The notes beneath the pieces were generated by a model, which searched no databases, was not told the origin of the DNA, and was given only the letters and a program-made list of their open reading frames with translations. A program made the translations under genes and the position numbers. This document shows positions 11,121-24,629 of a DNA stretch of 64,000 bases, in pieces (position 1 is the first letter of the stretch; the number at the start of each line of letters is the position of its first letter). Source of the DNA: Eledone cirrhosa. Taxonomy: Eukaryota. The stretch spans positions 80,290,001-80,354,000 of the forward strand of contig OZ024741.1 of assembly GCA_964016885.1 (NCBI GenBank), written 5' to 3'.

Positions 11121-13222
11121 GTGAGTTTTTCTGTTGTTGTTTTTTTGTATTTTTACAAAAAAATATATTGGTCGGGGTGGGGGTGTTATTTTGTCCTCCA
11201 CCTCTCCACTACCTGTCGGACGAGGCATTTGGAGGTTGTTCACCTCATGTATAGTATTGTTTAAATATATATTTTTTGTTTCTTTGTTATAGTGTGTATA
11301 TATATATATATATATATAATCTTTACACTCGCTTTGCTCTTCGTCTATATATTTCTCTCTACCTTGCACCGTCTATTTCTCTCCCCGTCTCTCTGTTTAT
11401 ATATTTGTCTTGTACTCTTTCTGGCTCTCATTCCTTGCATCTATCTCTTTTTTATGTATTTGTCCCTCCCCCTCTTTCTCTTTCTTACTCTTCACTCTAC
11501 ATGCCTGCTGCCTCTGCTCTTCCCCCCTCTCTTGTTGCTAAGTATCTTTCTTATTTTCTCTCCCTTTTCTCCACTCTATATACTCTCTGGCTCTTTTGCC
11601 CACTTTTTCTGTCTTTCTTTTTTTCGCTGACTCTGTATTTCTCTCATTCTTTTTCTTCGCCGTTTCTTTTTTCTTGTCTTCCCTCTTGGTCATTTATTAG
11701 TGGCTCTTTGGTATTTTATATATACGTTGCTCGTGTTTTTATGTGATAATAGCGGTGAAATTGGTGATGTATGGTGTTTGTGGTTATTGAATAATGGCGA
11801 TATGCTCTGATTGGTAATTGTGATGTGGGTTTTCGACTAGTATAATTTGGTATGGTGGCTTGGTTAAGGTAGTTTGGTGTAATAGTCGTAATGGCGATTT
11901 AGTGTGGTGGCATAGATTGGTCTCGATTGGCTTTTTGGCCCGAGTGAGTGATAATGCAGCTTTGTGAAAGGGCGGGTTTGCATGTGGTGATATGCTGCTG
12001 GCATTGTCTGGTTTGCCTTTTTGATAATAGTTCTGCTAGTATGTGAGGTGGTGGTTGTTTGTGTGCTGGTTTACGTTTGCCGTACCATGTGAAAAATAGG
12101 TCTCCTCTTTCATATATATATATGTTTTATTTATATATCTTAAACTTGTTACCCTACCTTGACACAAACATGAAATAATCAAACGGGCACACAAAAACTA
12201 TCCCTTCATCTCTATAAAACTATAGATGCATAACTAAGTTGCGATTATAGTTCGTTTGTTTGTTGTTGTTTTTTTTTAATAATTAAGGATTGCTTCTCTT
12301 TTATTTTCTCTGTATATGTCGACGATCGTTTTTAAATCTCAGTCAGTATTCATTCAGTAAATAGATGCATGCAGGTGGAATTTCATAGGTAGTCCTTGTC
12401 ATTTGGACATCAAAAAGAATTGTGCATAGTTTGATATCTCTCTCTTACACACACACACATATATAGTATACAGATTTTTCATTTTAACAGTTAAGAAAAT
12501 CTAGTTATCAATACTTCTGAAGTGTATATTGAAATATTTATTACTTAATTTTCAAGAAAGGAGTACCTCATTAACAGGAAGCTTTTACTATTCTCATTAA
12601 TATGCACAAAACAACCAATCTTTAATATCACGAACAAAAATATTTGTTCATTGTTTCGATTTTTTTTATATTTTTCGATTCTCTTTGGGAAAATAAGACA
12701 CTTTGTTTTTACAACGGATGGCAGAGGCGGTAGAAGAGACAAATTTAAGGCTTTTCGATGTTTAATTACGTCCCTTGACGAACCGAGTTCAATTCCTGTT
12801 GGGATTAATAGGGCTCTTTCATACTCCCAGGTTTTAAAATATAGAATAATACCAAGTAATATACGGTAAATTTATAGAAACAGACCTCGATTTCAGTGGG
12901 AAATAATTATTTTTTCTGTTTTTTTTATCCCTAACATGCCGCAACTGACTTTTTCTGGGACTTTACCCCCTACCCTCGGAGTTTTTACCATTTTTGTTTT
13001 TTGCGTTAACGGCGATCTGACCTCCAAACCACTCGGAAGCGACTAGATTTGTAGAAAAAGGAGGGGGGAAAGCGAAGAAGACCGTCGGAATTTCGCAGAT
13101 CTTAACCCTCTCACGCTTGTTGGGAAGATTTGTTTTTTTTCGCGTGTTATCGACGAATCTAACCACTTAATACTACCCCTAATCCTTCTGACATTTTCGT
13201 GAGGTACTGTTATCTACTACTC

Positions 13223-13224
<2 letters not shown>

Positions 13225-13297
<73 letters not shown>
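13225..13297. repeat. (CA)n microsatellite
   Basis: Uninterrupted CA run. Confidence 0.95.
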
Positions 13298-13301
<4 letters not shown>

Positions 13302-13949
13302 AAACGAATATAATGCACGAAAAGAAAACTCAGGGGTAGGTGGAAAATCCGACACCCTCACACTTGCCCACTCCATTTTCCGAGAAAAGTCCTTTGCGAC
13401 ATGTTCAGAGGTCAGGGGGAAAAAAAGGAAATATAATTATTTCCCACTGGAATCGAGGCGGCTATATTTCTATGATAATTCCTTGTTGGTTCTGTTTAAA
13501 AGAAATGTTATCCCTTTACCCTCTTTTCTGCGAAGACAAAATAATTTTTAAATTGCCCTCATCTTTTCACACATAAAGAAAACGGTCCTAAACAATTTGC
13601 TAACTTTGTAATGGATTCTGTGGCCCCAATTTTGATGTTTTTGTCTCTATCTCCCCATAAAAACGCAGTTATATATGCTTTGTTCCTGACGTGATTAAAA
13701 TGCCTCTTCTTTAGTTTTGTATTTCTTATAGCTTCTTTTAAATAGTCCAAAATTCTTTACGAGCAAGATCCTTTTGCAATCCTGTTTTAAAATCTCCATA
13801 AATATTTTGTGTTAGAGTATAGGTGCATATCTGTATTCCGAAGTGTATTTGGGTATGTATTTGACTCAAACCACTTTTCCAGAAATTATTTAATTCGCTT
13901 TTTTAGTCGACAAATTTGAAATCGTTTGCATACGTATATGTGATATGTG

Positions 13950-13992
<43 letters not shown>

Positions 13993-13994
13993 TG

Positions 13995-14045
13995 AGATTC
14001 TACAGGACTAGAACTGTTTCATTCTTTAGAAATCATCAGAAATCT
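13995..14045 (-). ncRNA. Minimal type I hammerhead ribozyme fold (family 1)
   Basis: Minus strand: agattt-CTGATGA-tttc[taaa]gaat-GAAA-cag[ttctagtc]ctg-TA-gaatct. Stem I 6 bp, stem III 4 bp, GUA triplet; flanked by (TA)n on both sides. Confidence 0.75.
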
Positions 14046-14392
14046 GTTATATATATATATATATATATAACACAGATTCCAAATATATATAAATATATAT
14101 ATATTACTGGTTATTTGGGGGGGGGGGGGTAATGCCTGCTGCATGTCTGATCAGTTTCTCATTTTTTTTATTTATCGTATGGGTGATGGGCGTCTCCTCT
14201 CTCTTTCTAAATATGGATGTCCATGTCGCTTCCATAATGCATACCGATGCAGGGAAGCAGGCAAGTCTTTGATGATGGCACATGTTTCTGCTGGCTGGCC
14301 ATCTTGGCACTCTGGCTGCTTGCTTAACTTAACATCAGCTGTGTGTTTGTGTGTCAGTGTACACACGCACATGTGCATATATATTTACACAC

Positions 14393-14460
<68 letters not shown>

Positions 14461-14627
14461 GCACTTTACTCATTTATCAGTGAATTAAAACATATATATA
14501 CACACACAGACACGCACAAATATTGTGTAATACGTCTCTGCTTGCATCTGTATGTTGCTTAGCGATTCTGAATTTGCAAACATTGATTCAATCACGAAAA
14601 TTATTTACATATTCACACACATAAGTA

Positions 14628-15570
14628 CGCGTGTGAGTCATTAATTATCCGCAATGCACTTAAAATACGCTCAGCGGTAAAGTTGCGTGCGCATTACTAG
14701 ACTTGAGTTCCCTCCAGTCTCATCAGTGCAGGTTTGAACTTGAAACATCAAGTTCTAGTTTATTACGTTAGCTATGGCCGCTCCGTTTGCTCCAGAGAGG
14801 AGCAGCGTTTAGTAATTCGTTTTCTATTGGCTGAAGATGTATCAGGGACCGAAATCAATCGGAGGCTTTTAGCACAGTATGTGCATCGTGTTTAATCACT
14901 CCGGATTATCTCCGAATGGATTGAAAAATGCAAACATGTCGTACAAATGTTTTACATCGGGAAGGTACCGAACGCCCGACTTCATCCTGTGCGATGGCAA
15001 CATTGAACGAACTGTGACATGGTTCTGTTGAATACGGGTGGCAAATCTTATGCAAATTAGCCGTATGAAACCACCCACAACAGATTTGCATTTAGTAAAG
15101 TTTGTGCAAGATTTGTTCCAGAACAACTCAGAATTGCAAAAATAAAATCGTTTTGGATCGCTATGGCATTGAAGATAAAACCTGGGGGGGGGGGGGTCAC
15201 CTGTGATGAAACATGGTTGCACTGCTACTTGCAGGAAGAATTGGATTCGCAAGGACCAATACTGCGACATTATCAGTGCAAGATATTGCGTGATGAGTTA
15301 AACCCCGTAATTGGAAGCAAACGCCGAGGATTATCGTCTAAAGGTGTTGTGTTATTGCATAGTCTTGACCTTGCTTCTGACTATCACCTGGTCGTTCCAT
15401 TCAAAGACTAAGACTTCAAGAGGCTCGGTTTGCCATAGATCAAGAAGTGGTGGAAGCGGTTCATATGTGGCTCATCTCACAGCCGAAAGTATTTTTTCTG
15501 AGAGCATAAAGAAGTTTGTACGAAGATGGACCAATTGTGCTGAAAAGCAAGGGATCTATTTTGAAATATG
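14628..15570 (+). mobile_element. Decayed, internally deleted mariner transposon
   Basis: TA followed by cgcgtgtgagtcattaattatccgcaat (mariner-like TIR). Translated remnants EEQRLVIRFLLAEDVSGTEINRRL, VTCDETWLHCY, SLDLASDYHLVVPFKD (YSPDLAPSD motif) and RWTNCAEKQGIYFE. Right TIR not found. Confidence 0.85.
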
Positions 15571-18500
15571 TATTTACGCATAAATGCCTATGTTAGAAGT
15601 CAAATATATGTGCAATTATGTCTATACAATAAATATACTGTGATATACACTCCCACACATGACCGTCTTACTAACGCACACTATATTATATTTTCCCTTG
15701 TAAAAACCTATACTCTATTTATGTGTTTGTTCTTTTTAATGTCTGATTTGTGTATAAAATACACCCATTAATATATGTGTATACAGAAACAAAGAAGAGT
15801 ATACAATTGTATAAACGCATCGGTCTGTCCAGGACAGCTGACGAAAGTGATTAAGAGTTTGAGTATGATACAGAATCGGAAAGTCTATTTTCACAAACAC
15901 AACACTAGTGTAAAAGTCAACACAATGGTTTACTTTCCATCTAGAAACATCAAAGGACCCCCCCCCCCCCCTCCATTCCATTATCATCGCCATTGTTTAT
16001 CTGGTTGTTTGCTCATATTTATTACCCAACTCTGTATTGTATGTTTATGGTGTGTACATATATACATATATATGAATAGTGTGTTTATATATAATGCGTG
16101 TGTGTATAATTTTCTCCCTCAACGATCACCCAGTTTCCATCATTATTGCTTTCTCCAATTTCCACCATGTTTTCTTTTTTTTTTTGGGGGGGGGGGGGGA
16201 TTCTAAGTTTTTCTTTCGCTTTAATTATGACCTGTTTCAGTTTGTGTGCTTATATAACGGTAATTTAGTCCACATTAGCAGAATCCCACATGTAAAACTA
16301 TCCAAAACGATGTGTGTGTGTATGTATATATATATATATATATATTAAGTATAATTCACTCTTCAATGTTTCCTTGAAAACAGTTCACTTCTACTATACG
16401 CAATCTTATATCGACTTGTTTAACCTTTCCTTTAAGCATTCTTAATGCAAATGGAATTATAATGGAAGACAACCTCGAACTTTTCATTGTTTGGGGAGAT
16501 ACATTACTGTAAAATATGTGACCTGTACAAATTAAATCCCATTTTCCAGGTTTAATTATACACCACCCCATCGTGAAAAACAAATTTAAAAAACTAGATC
16601 CTTGTGCTTATTGTTAAAAACGAATAAACTAAATTTAAAAAGCAATCGAGCCCGTACCGCTTAGCCTCCACATCCATCGGAGTACCCAAATACCACACCT
16701 TCGCTACTTGCATACAAACCTGTGTGGTATTCTGCAGACAGGTTTCTATATCCAACTATGTGTTCTTTCACACTGTTCAACATACATTGCTAATTATTTC
16801 TACTGCTTTGTATTGTAAGATGTATGAGTTGTTTCATGAGATGAAAACAAATAGCAGGTGTATAAATATTGAGCTTTATTCAATGTAAAGATCGGAAAAT
16901 AGGAATAAGTCAAGTGGAAAAACTAACGTATAAAGATGTAACAAAAGTATATAACAATGACTTATTGTTTTGTGTTCTTTGATATTTAATTTGTTGACTT
17001 CCAATATCGATTTCTACAGAATTTAACCATGCCTTTTCCTTCCTCTTTCTTACACTCTCTCTCTCTCTATATATATATATATATTGTATGTGCGCATGAA
17101 TGGTTTTCTGAATTATTTCTTATAGAAATGACTTGTTTTTACTTTCCTGATTATTTCAGTCTTGTAGATGTCAATGCGATCAGAAATAGTCTACATACAC
17201 ATGTGGAAATTGATCACACGTGCTGGGCAAAATTAAACATCAGTAAAAGAAATATGAAAAAAGATATTATTTTACACATACTCAGGCATATCTTTTTGTT
17301 TACAAACGAAAGAAAGAGTACTCAATACATGACTAATGTTTATATTTGGATTAATGGGCGTTGAATTTCATGACACGTGCATTTATTAAGCTATATTGCA
17401 TATGCTAGAAGGGTGACCTAACGATCGAACGTTCTAAGTGTCTTGTTGAAATGCTTTTACAAACTCTAGGCACTTAAGCAACCTGTTAGAAGATTATATA
17501 TAATTTTTCTCTCGTAACCCTGCCCAAACCAATCACACAGCTTAAGTACAACCTTTAAAACAATTAATTGACCATCTAAAATATATCATACATATAACCA
17601 ACAAAATAAACAAAACGGATTCTTTGCCTGGCGGTTAAGCTTATACCGTTTAGATATATACACAATCGAACTAAGCCGTTTGTTTTCTTGAGTGCTTTCT
17701 TCTGTACTCATATTTCTTTCTACTCTACTGTAAATTGATCTTCGTCCCTCTTGAGTCGATAAAATATATATAATAATTAAAAAGAAACCATCAATGAAAT
17801 CGATTTAATCGACTTATTTTCCTCACTTTTTTATTTATTATTATTTTTTTTTGTTTAGGCAAAATAAATCATTATTGCCGTTGGTCCGAGATTTCGGATT
17901 AAAACATAATTGGTTCAGTGTTCAAATTTGGTTTTCTTTCTTTCGCTGTCCATGCAATACACTTGTACCTAATGCAATCAGTTGCACACGTTCGCGTTGT
18001 TTCATTCAAATAAAGTAAACCATTATTGTTTTAAATGTGGTGGTATCGTTAGACCCTTGCGGTATTTGTTCCGGCTGTTTACGTTCTGAGTTCAAAATTC
18101 CCTGATGTCAGCTTTGCCTTTGTTATCGGATACCAATCAAATATTGGGGCCGATATATTTGCCTAAATTCTAAGATAGAAACAATTATGGAGTTGACTGC
18201 CTCCCGTCCTTCTAAGTTTGCTAAAATAAAAAATACCTGCCACGTGCTGGGTCAATTTATTCAACTGTCTCCTATCCGAAATAAAAATTCGTTTGTGATG
18301 TGTTAAAAAATGTTAACAGCAGTAATAAATCCGGGGAATGACAAACAAGAGCAACGGAAATATATCTTGGTTACGTCCCTTTACAATCTAAGTTTTTTAA
18401 CATCACTTTTCTTCCTCCACCATTCCAAGTTTGATTTGGTAAAATAAATATCTGTTCACCATATCAGCACCTGACTTACAAGCAAAGGCGTTTCAAACAT

Positions 18501-18990
18501 CGTTTTCATCCATTTTTAAAGATACCAAGTAGAATATGATTTGAGGAATATTTGACTGTTGTTTCTAGCAGGTCTATCGATCGCGTTTAAGCTGCATCGG
18601 TGGTTCGTCAAATATTGTTATAGATTCAATCAACTATACGCACGTATTCCTAGAAAAAAAAAATCTTTGACCTTGTTGTTGATCATTGAAATCATTTTTG
18701 TTAATCCCCTTCTTAAATCGCGAAACTGGTCCCATGTATGGGTCTCAGAAATACACTCGATATTGTAAATACTTGAGTTACGAAAGACTTGTTTTATCGA
18801 ATATAATTACATAATAAAATATTTTTTTCCTTCCATAATACAAATACTAATATCTTTGAAGGAACGCGTTACACCAGCAACTTTAGTAATGCACATTTTT
18901 ATGAAAGGTCAGTTTGCCAGCGCCTTAGTTGTAATGTGTGTCAAAGAGAATTTACATAGATCAAAGCTGAAAGTGTTTACTATCTCGATT

Positions 18991-19168
18991 CAGTATCGGT
19001 AGAGGGTCGGACGCCATGCTTTCCAGCATAGTTACGTCCCTTTACGATCTGAGTTCAAATCCCGCCGAGGTTGACTTTGCCTTTCATCCTTACGGGGTCG
19101 ATAAAATAAAGTACCAGTAATGCACTGGGTAATCGGTGGCCTTGTGCCTAAAGTAGAAACAATTATAT
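18991..19168 (+). mobile_element. SINE family B copy, slightly 5'-truncated
   Basis: Near-identical to the reverse complement of 3151-3335; CpGs retained. Confidence 0.9.
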
Positions 19169-20377
19169 TATATTCTTATACTGGAAGTATTTAAAGAACT
19201 GAATTTCTTTTCATCCACAATGAAAATATTTACAACCTCGTCTTAAGATTCATGACCGTTAATCCACAGGATCATTTGTATCAAATTGACTTTCAGATAT
19301 CATTAACAACTGAGTTCGAAATAAGAAAATAAAAATATTTCATTTCACACGCACACATACGCGCCGACAAAGGAATCCTGACAAGTCATGCCCATTTTCT
19401 TATATGGCTCTATTGCCAATGATTCTCTATTGTTTTAGTAGGAGAAAGTAATAGCTGAAGAGAATACCGGTCTAAGTATATTGAAGTAGTTATATGACCT
19501 TCTTAGCGTGATGGACGTTTGGCAGTCCGTCGGTATTTAGTTATGTCCCTTTTACGTTTTCAGCTTTAAAAACCGCAGATGTTAATTTTGCTTCTTATCT
19601 CTTTGGTTTCGAATTTGCCTTTCATACTTATGGGATGGGAAGTAGTCGATGTAATGATTTCTGACATAGACTCGGAGTCACATTTTTATCGCACACAGAA
19701 GGATATAAACCCGTCATATTTATTTATCTATAAATAAATACACAATAGAAAGAAAGTTCGATTAGGATTTTAGCAACAACAGCAACAAAACTACATTGAT
19801 TGGCAATTACAGTAGCCCGATAATGATAAGCTTTCCAGTCGTGTCAATCTCATCGTTTATTGCCAGACACAGTGTATACTTTTTTTTTCTTTTCTTTTTA
19901 AAGACAGTAAGGTCTGTGATTTTGAATATTAGTCAGCGGCAGCAAGCAGGTCGTACCATTGCCAGTTGGAATTGTTTTTATTTTGTTATAATCGGCTGTT
20001 TGTTGACAATGTAACGGTGTTCAAACTGGTCGTCAATTCACTTTGGTTACCAGGAAAAAATATTTATTTACACAACTGGTCGTCACTTCCTTTTCATTAA
20101 TGGTCTCTTATACGGTTACGCTTACACTGGAAAAAAAAACCGTTTTTATTAGTTTATTCACAGTTTCTATATAATAGACGGCGATATTTTGTTTTTCGTT
20201 AGTCCCTGGTCAGACCTGATCCAACAGAGACCATCCCGTATAGTTTTATCCAGAAAATGTATCTCGTACTATATTTATCCAACGTGCTTTCGCCTTTTTT
20301 AAAGACAGTATGGAGTGATTTCAGTAGGCGCGGCTGTTATTTCTAGCAAAGCGAGCGACGGCATTATATATTGGTTT

Positions 20378-20560
20378 GATTGGCAGTATCGGTAGAGGGT
20401 CGGACGCCATGCTTTCCAGCATAGTTACGTCCCTTTACGATCTGAGTTCAAATCCCGCCGAGGTTGACTTTGCCTTTCATCCTTACGGGGTCGATAAAAT
20501 AAAGTACCAGTAATGTACTGAGTAATTGCTGGCCTTGTGTCTAAAGTAGAAACAATTATA
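20378..20560 (+). mobile_element. SINE family B copy
   Basis: Near-identical to 18991-19168. Confidence 0.9.
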
Positions 20561-20820
20561 TATTGGTTTTCTCTCGTTTCTCTCCTAGTATTAACGGTCT
20601 AATTAATTTTGCCTGGTCTGCAGAGACATTTAAATTTAAATAGAGAAATATGACATATAACTAGAATAGCTAGTGAAGTTGTCAGTAGCTGGTGATACGT
20701 GAGGTTTTTAATGTAAACATGGTCGTTCCAAGTACTTAGCCAACCTCTGTCAATGGCAACTATGAAGTCGGAAATGTTAATTCTCTCTCTTCCTCTCTCT
20801 CTCTATATATATATATATAA

Positions 20821-20995
20821 AGTTTATCCCGGGTTCAATCGGGGGTAACCACAGTAAGTAAGGTACTCAATACAAAACAGAGTATAAATATTTAATATAG
20901 AAAATGCTTCTACAGGGCTAGAACTGTTTCATTCGGGGGTGCTTCCTGATGATTTCTCCTGAATGAAACAGTTTTAGTCCTGTAGAAGCCTTTTT
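20821..20995 (-). mobile_element. Penelope-like pseudo-LTR element (HHR family 1) with fold-back end, between (TA)n tracts
   Basis: Homologous to 8213-8367 and, inverted, to 51316-51505; 29-bp inverted repeat 20906-20934 / 20961-20989. Confidence 0.7.
20941..20989 (+). ncRNA. Minimal type I hammerhead ribozyme fold (family 1), sense to host gene
   Basis: gcttc-CTGATGA-tttc[tcct]gaat-GAAA-cag[ttttagtc]ctg-TA-gaagc; predicted cleavage after A20984. Confidence 0.7.
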
Positions 20996-23704
20996 TATAT
21001 TATATATATATATAATACAGTGATGACACATTAGTTTAACGTTTGATGTAGGAAGTCACACATTATTTTATATATAGATATATATAATACACACACCTGT
21101 CTCTTCGTCTGTGTATATTCATACACTCGTACAAGAGTTATTGAGGCAAAGATAGAAATGCCTGTTTTAGTTCTGCCATGTTTGACTGACTGATTTGGCG
21201 GACGACTAACAAACAGGTTCGTTCCATGCCACATGTGAGCAGTCTTCTTTCACTCCGCCATCTTCATACATTCTAATTGTGTGCACCTCCTTCATACCGA
21301 TTATACACATATACACACGCATTCCTAAATAAGTGGCCAATAGTTCGACCTGGTGAAAAAGCTGATAAATCGCCCCGAAATCACATTACACCATTAAGAC
21401 AAAAACAAAAAATAAGACACATTGTATTATGTAGTAGACACGAACGGAATTCCTTTGATCATAGGTATGTCTGTTGCTTGCTCAGAAATTATTTTCTGAT
21501 TCTAAATAGCATAATCTATTTGATGTTTCTGTCGCTTTTATTTTGAACCGTTGACATCAAAATACACACATTCGGGTCCGAAAATCAAGTCGATTAAATA
21601 ACATTTTTCGTAGTTATTTTCGATTACGTTGAAATACAAACTTGTTTGACACTTTTGTTAGTCTGGCTGTTTTTCATTAGAAGATATGCTATGATTTGCA
21701 ATTAATTTTGAAAATAATCAAGAATTTGGTATAATTTAACTTTCTGATTATAAAGCTGATGTTTCGAACACAACAAAGGTCCTTATATAACATTAGGATG
21801 GAAGATTTTTTTAGATGACCATAAAAACACTTTATAAATAATTGTTGGTACTTCTCCGTTTTCTTTATTTTGAACGCGCACACACACGTATTTGAAAATT
21901 TCAGAACTTGTAGAATAAATAACATTTCTTTTCTTTAGTTATTTTCGGCACACGCTTAGCTAAGTTTTGATTAAGAAATATAAACTAGTTTAAATACTAA
22001 GATGATTAAAAAGATTTTTGAGTTGTGTTAAAAATTGCATATATATAAAGATAAAGATGTTAACCTTGGTCTTTTGTCATATTGAATATTAATGCTCAGC
22101 TACCTGAACTGTCCTCAACAAGAACTTTAACTGAAGGATGGCTTATTCGTCCGTTTTAAACTCCTAATGAACCGAGGATTGTACTGTGCATAGAGCATCT
22201 CTCATCTTACCAAATACAATAATATATATATGAGAGAGATACCCACTCTGCGTCTCCCCATGCATTATGTACTCCCATGATTAGTGGTCTCCTTGGTCTC
22301 AGCACCGCAGACTATCTCTCTCCGCTTTGCTGCATTTAGGTTAAACTTAAGTCTTCACGCTTCTCGGTGTATTATACAGGTTTGTGTACTTACATGTTTG
22401 GTGAATACGGCGGAACTTCGAAGTAAACAGTCGCTGAGGTTAATTATCGCAATGGTTCTAATATATTTCATAAATTTTATACCTATTTTTTTTTTTTCGA
22501 CATTATATCCTTGCGCCGCTGATTATGCCGTAAATTCTCCCCATTCCTTAATTCCCTTCACTATTTGCCCATCTCATCCCTTATCGCCTTTCTGTTTGAA
22601 GCATTTTTCGTTCCATCATTGGATCAGTGTATTGAGTGTGTGTGTATACATGCACGCATGTTAATGTGTGTGCATTGGAGAGGGGGGGGGGGGGGGTTAC
22701 GGAAAGCAGGAAAGACAGTTATAGGTATTTATATGCTTCAATATTAAATATAATTACATCGAATCGTAACAATAGAATGACAGAAAATATGTGATATTTA
22801 AGAGTTCATTGTAATATATATGACATGTACAAACGTCCGAGTTCATGTTAGGAAATAAATGAGTTTAATTTAGGCAGCAGTCAACTTTTGATGTCTACTG
22901 TTTTGTTTGGCTTTTGAGTCTCTTTATGTCGTAATGACTGGTTGTGGACAATTGAAACCTGTTGTTTACTTCCCAGAAAACTACCTGTTGTTTTGTTCTC
23001 TGCAGTTTATTAGCTGATGTCAGATGTTTTTCTCTGCAATGTGAAGCAAATCAACAGTTCCAGATTCTGAATCCACACAGAAACCTGTTACTTGTATGTG
23101 TATGTATGTATAGGCTGATCCAATCATTATTGGAGAACACACCAGTCACGGTGTGGGTTCCGGATTGACCGAGATACAATAGACATGATCTTTTTTATAC
23201 ATACAGAAGGATACTTTTGACTTGATGAGAACCTTTACAACATCTGATGACTGCAGACTACTTTTAAAGCTTAGATCTGAACTTATTGAATTACAGGATG
23301 CTGATGAGTGCACTCTGGTAGCTCATACTTCAGAAGAAACCCTACAAATCACCATTTCAGTAGCAGTTAGAGTTTATAAAAGGATGACCCTGGCTAATAA
23401 ATGTTTTTTTTAAATAGGTCATTTGTTAATGGCACACTACACAACCTTGTCTCCTCCTCACTTTCTCAATTCAACTACCTATGCAGCTTTATTTCTTATA
23501 TGAATTAAAAATAAAATCAGATTCTTTGTTTTATTATTTTTGTATTTAATTCATATAAGTTTGAAATACATAAACATACAATCAATGATGATTAATTCTG
23601 GAATTCACTTGCCATTAGAGGGCCACTAGCACTAGTTAGCCTCTGGTGTATATGTTTTGCTTATTGGAGTATGAGTACCACTCATTCATTATCTGTACTC
23701 TTTC

Positions 23705-23935
23705 TTATGTCTTCTCTTCTTTGCCCACTTATTTCTGAGAGGGTCATGGGGACAGAGTCCTCAAACACTCCTTCCAGCGGGTCCTGTCAGAAGCAGCCAT
23801 CTCCAAATGTTCCAGCTGGATCCCTAAGTGAGACCAGCCAAGCTCGTGGATGTTATCCAACCATCTTGCTCAAAGTCTACCCCTAGGTCTCCTGTCAGTT
23901 GATTTTGCCTGTAAAATCTGTCAAGCGATTCTTTC
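23705..23935 (-). mobile_element. 3'-end fragment of the RTE family at 157-1340
   Basis: Aligns by eye with 157-365 (cccacttatt.ctgagagggtcatgggg...gagaccagccaag). Confidence 0.8.
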
Positions 23936-24178
23936 ATATTTCTATTGCTATATATGTAGAGATCATGATTGAGTGTCTAATTAGATTATTATTTAAAATG
24001 TTAAAAAATCTTTCATTTGTCTGTTGTAATTTCAAATTTCAATATTTTTTTTAAAGATTATCATTTTTGAAACACTACAGATCTATAAGGATGGTGATAT
24101 TCTATCCTGATTCCATGGAATGTAAATTTCCTCCTGTTCTATGACTAGATTTTTCTGCAAGAGGTATTGAATTCACTC

Positions 24179-24233
24179 AGCACTGTAAGTCAAGGAAATA
24201 GTTCTAGCACTGTAAGTCAAGGAAATAGTTCTA
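24179..24233. repeat. Perfect 27-bp tandem duplication
   Basis: agcactgtaagtcaaggaaatagttct occurs twice in tandem. Confidence 0.95.
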
Positions 24234-24309
24234 CAATTTTCTTATTCCTGCTTATAGTAGTGAAATATATGAGTTCCACAAGCAATGGTGTTCACTTTTT
24301 ACCATTTAA

Positions 24310-24506
24310 CCCTTTAATGTTCAAACCGGCCAGAATTCTCTACCTCTTTCTGTTGAAACTGGCTGTAACTGCCCACTCATACTGATGTTAAGGTATTGTT
24401 CTCAAAAGAAATACTTTCAAAATCTCATAGATTCGATATTATGCAAGGTAAAGCCTTTACCATGAAAATATAATAGTATATATAGAATAATGTGAATGCT
24501 AAAGGG
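24310..24506. mobile_element. TTAA-flanked MITE (piggyBac-like termini)
   Basis: TTAA-cccttta ... taaaggg-TCAA; a second copy in the opposite orientation lies at 60375-60560. Confidence 0.7.
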
Positions 24507-24629
24507 TCAAGGGCTTATAAGCCAAAATTAGTCGACTATTTTTCACACTAAAAAAACCTGCGTTGAAGCAATTAACTTTAAACTAACATACATTAAAAAT
24601 ATTTAATTTGCTCAACACTTCTTAAACAT

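Noticed and set aside
11121-11254. C-terminal 44 codons of the 848-aa ORF
   Set aside because: Read-through past a consensus GTGAGT donor; the RING is completed only by splicing.
11276-11746. Hydrophobic 156-aa ORF and the many similar short ORFs across the introns
   Set aside because: Translations of CT-, TA- or TG-rich low-complexity DNA with no protein signature.
23245-23350. CTGATGA motifs (also near 3364, 8066 and 14719, and CTGAAGA at 14832)
   Set aside because: No correctly placed GAAA with pairing stems.
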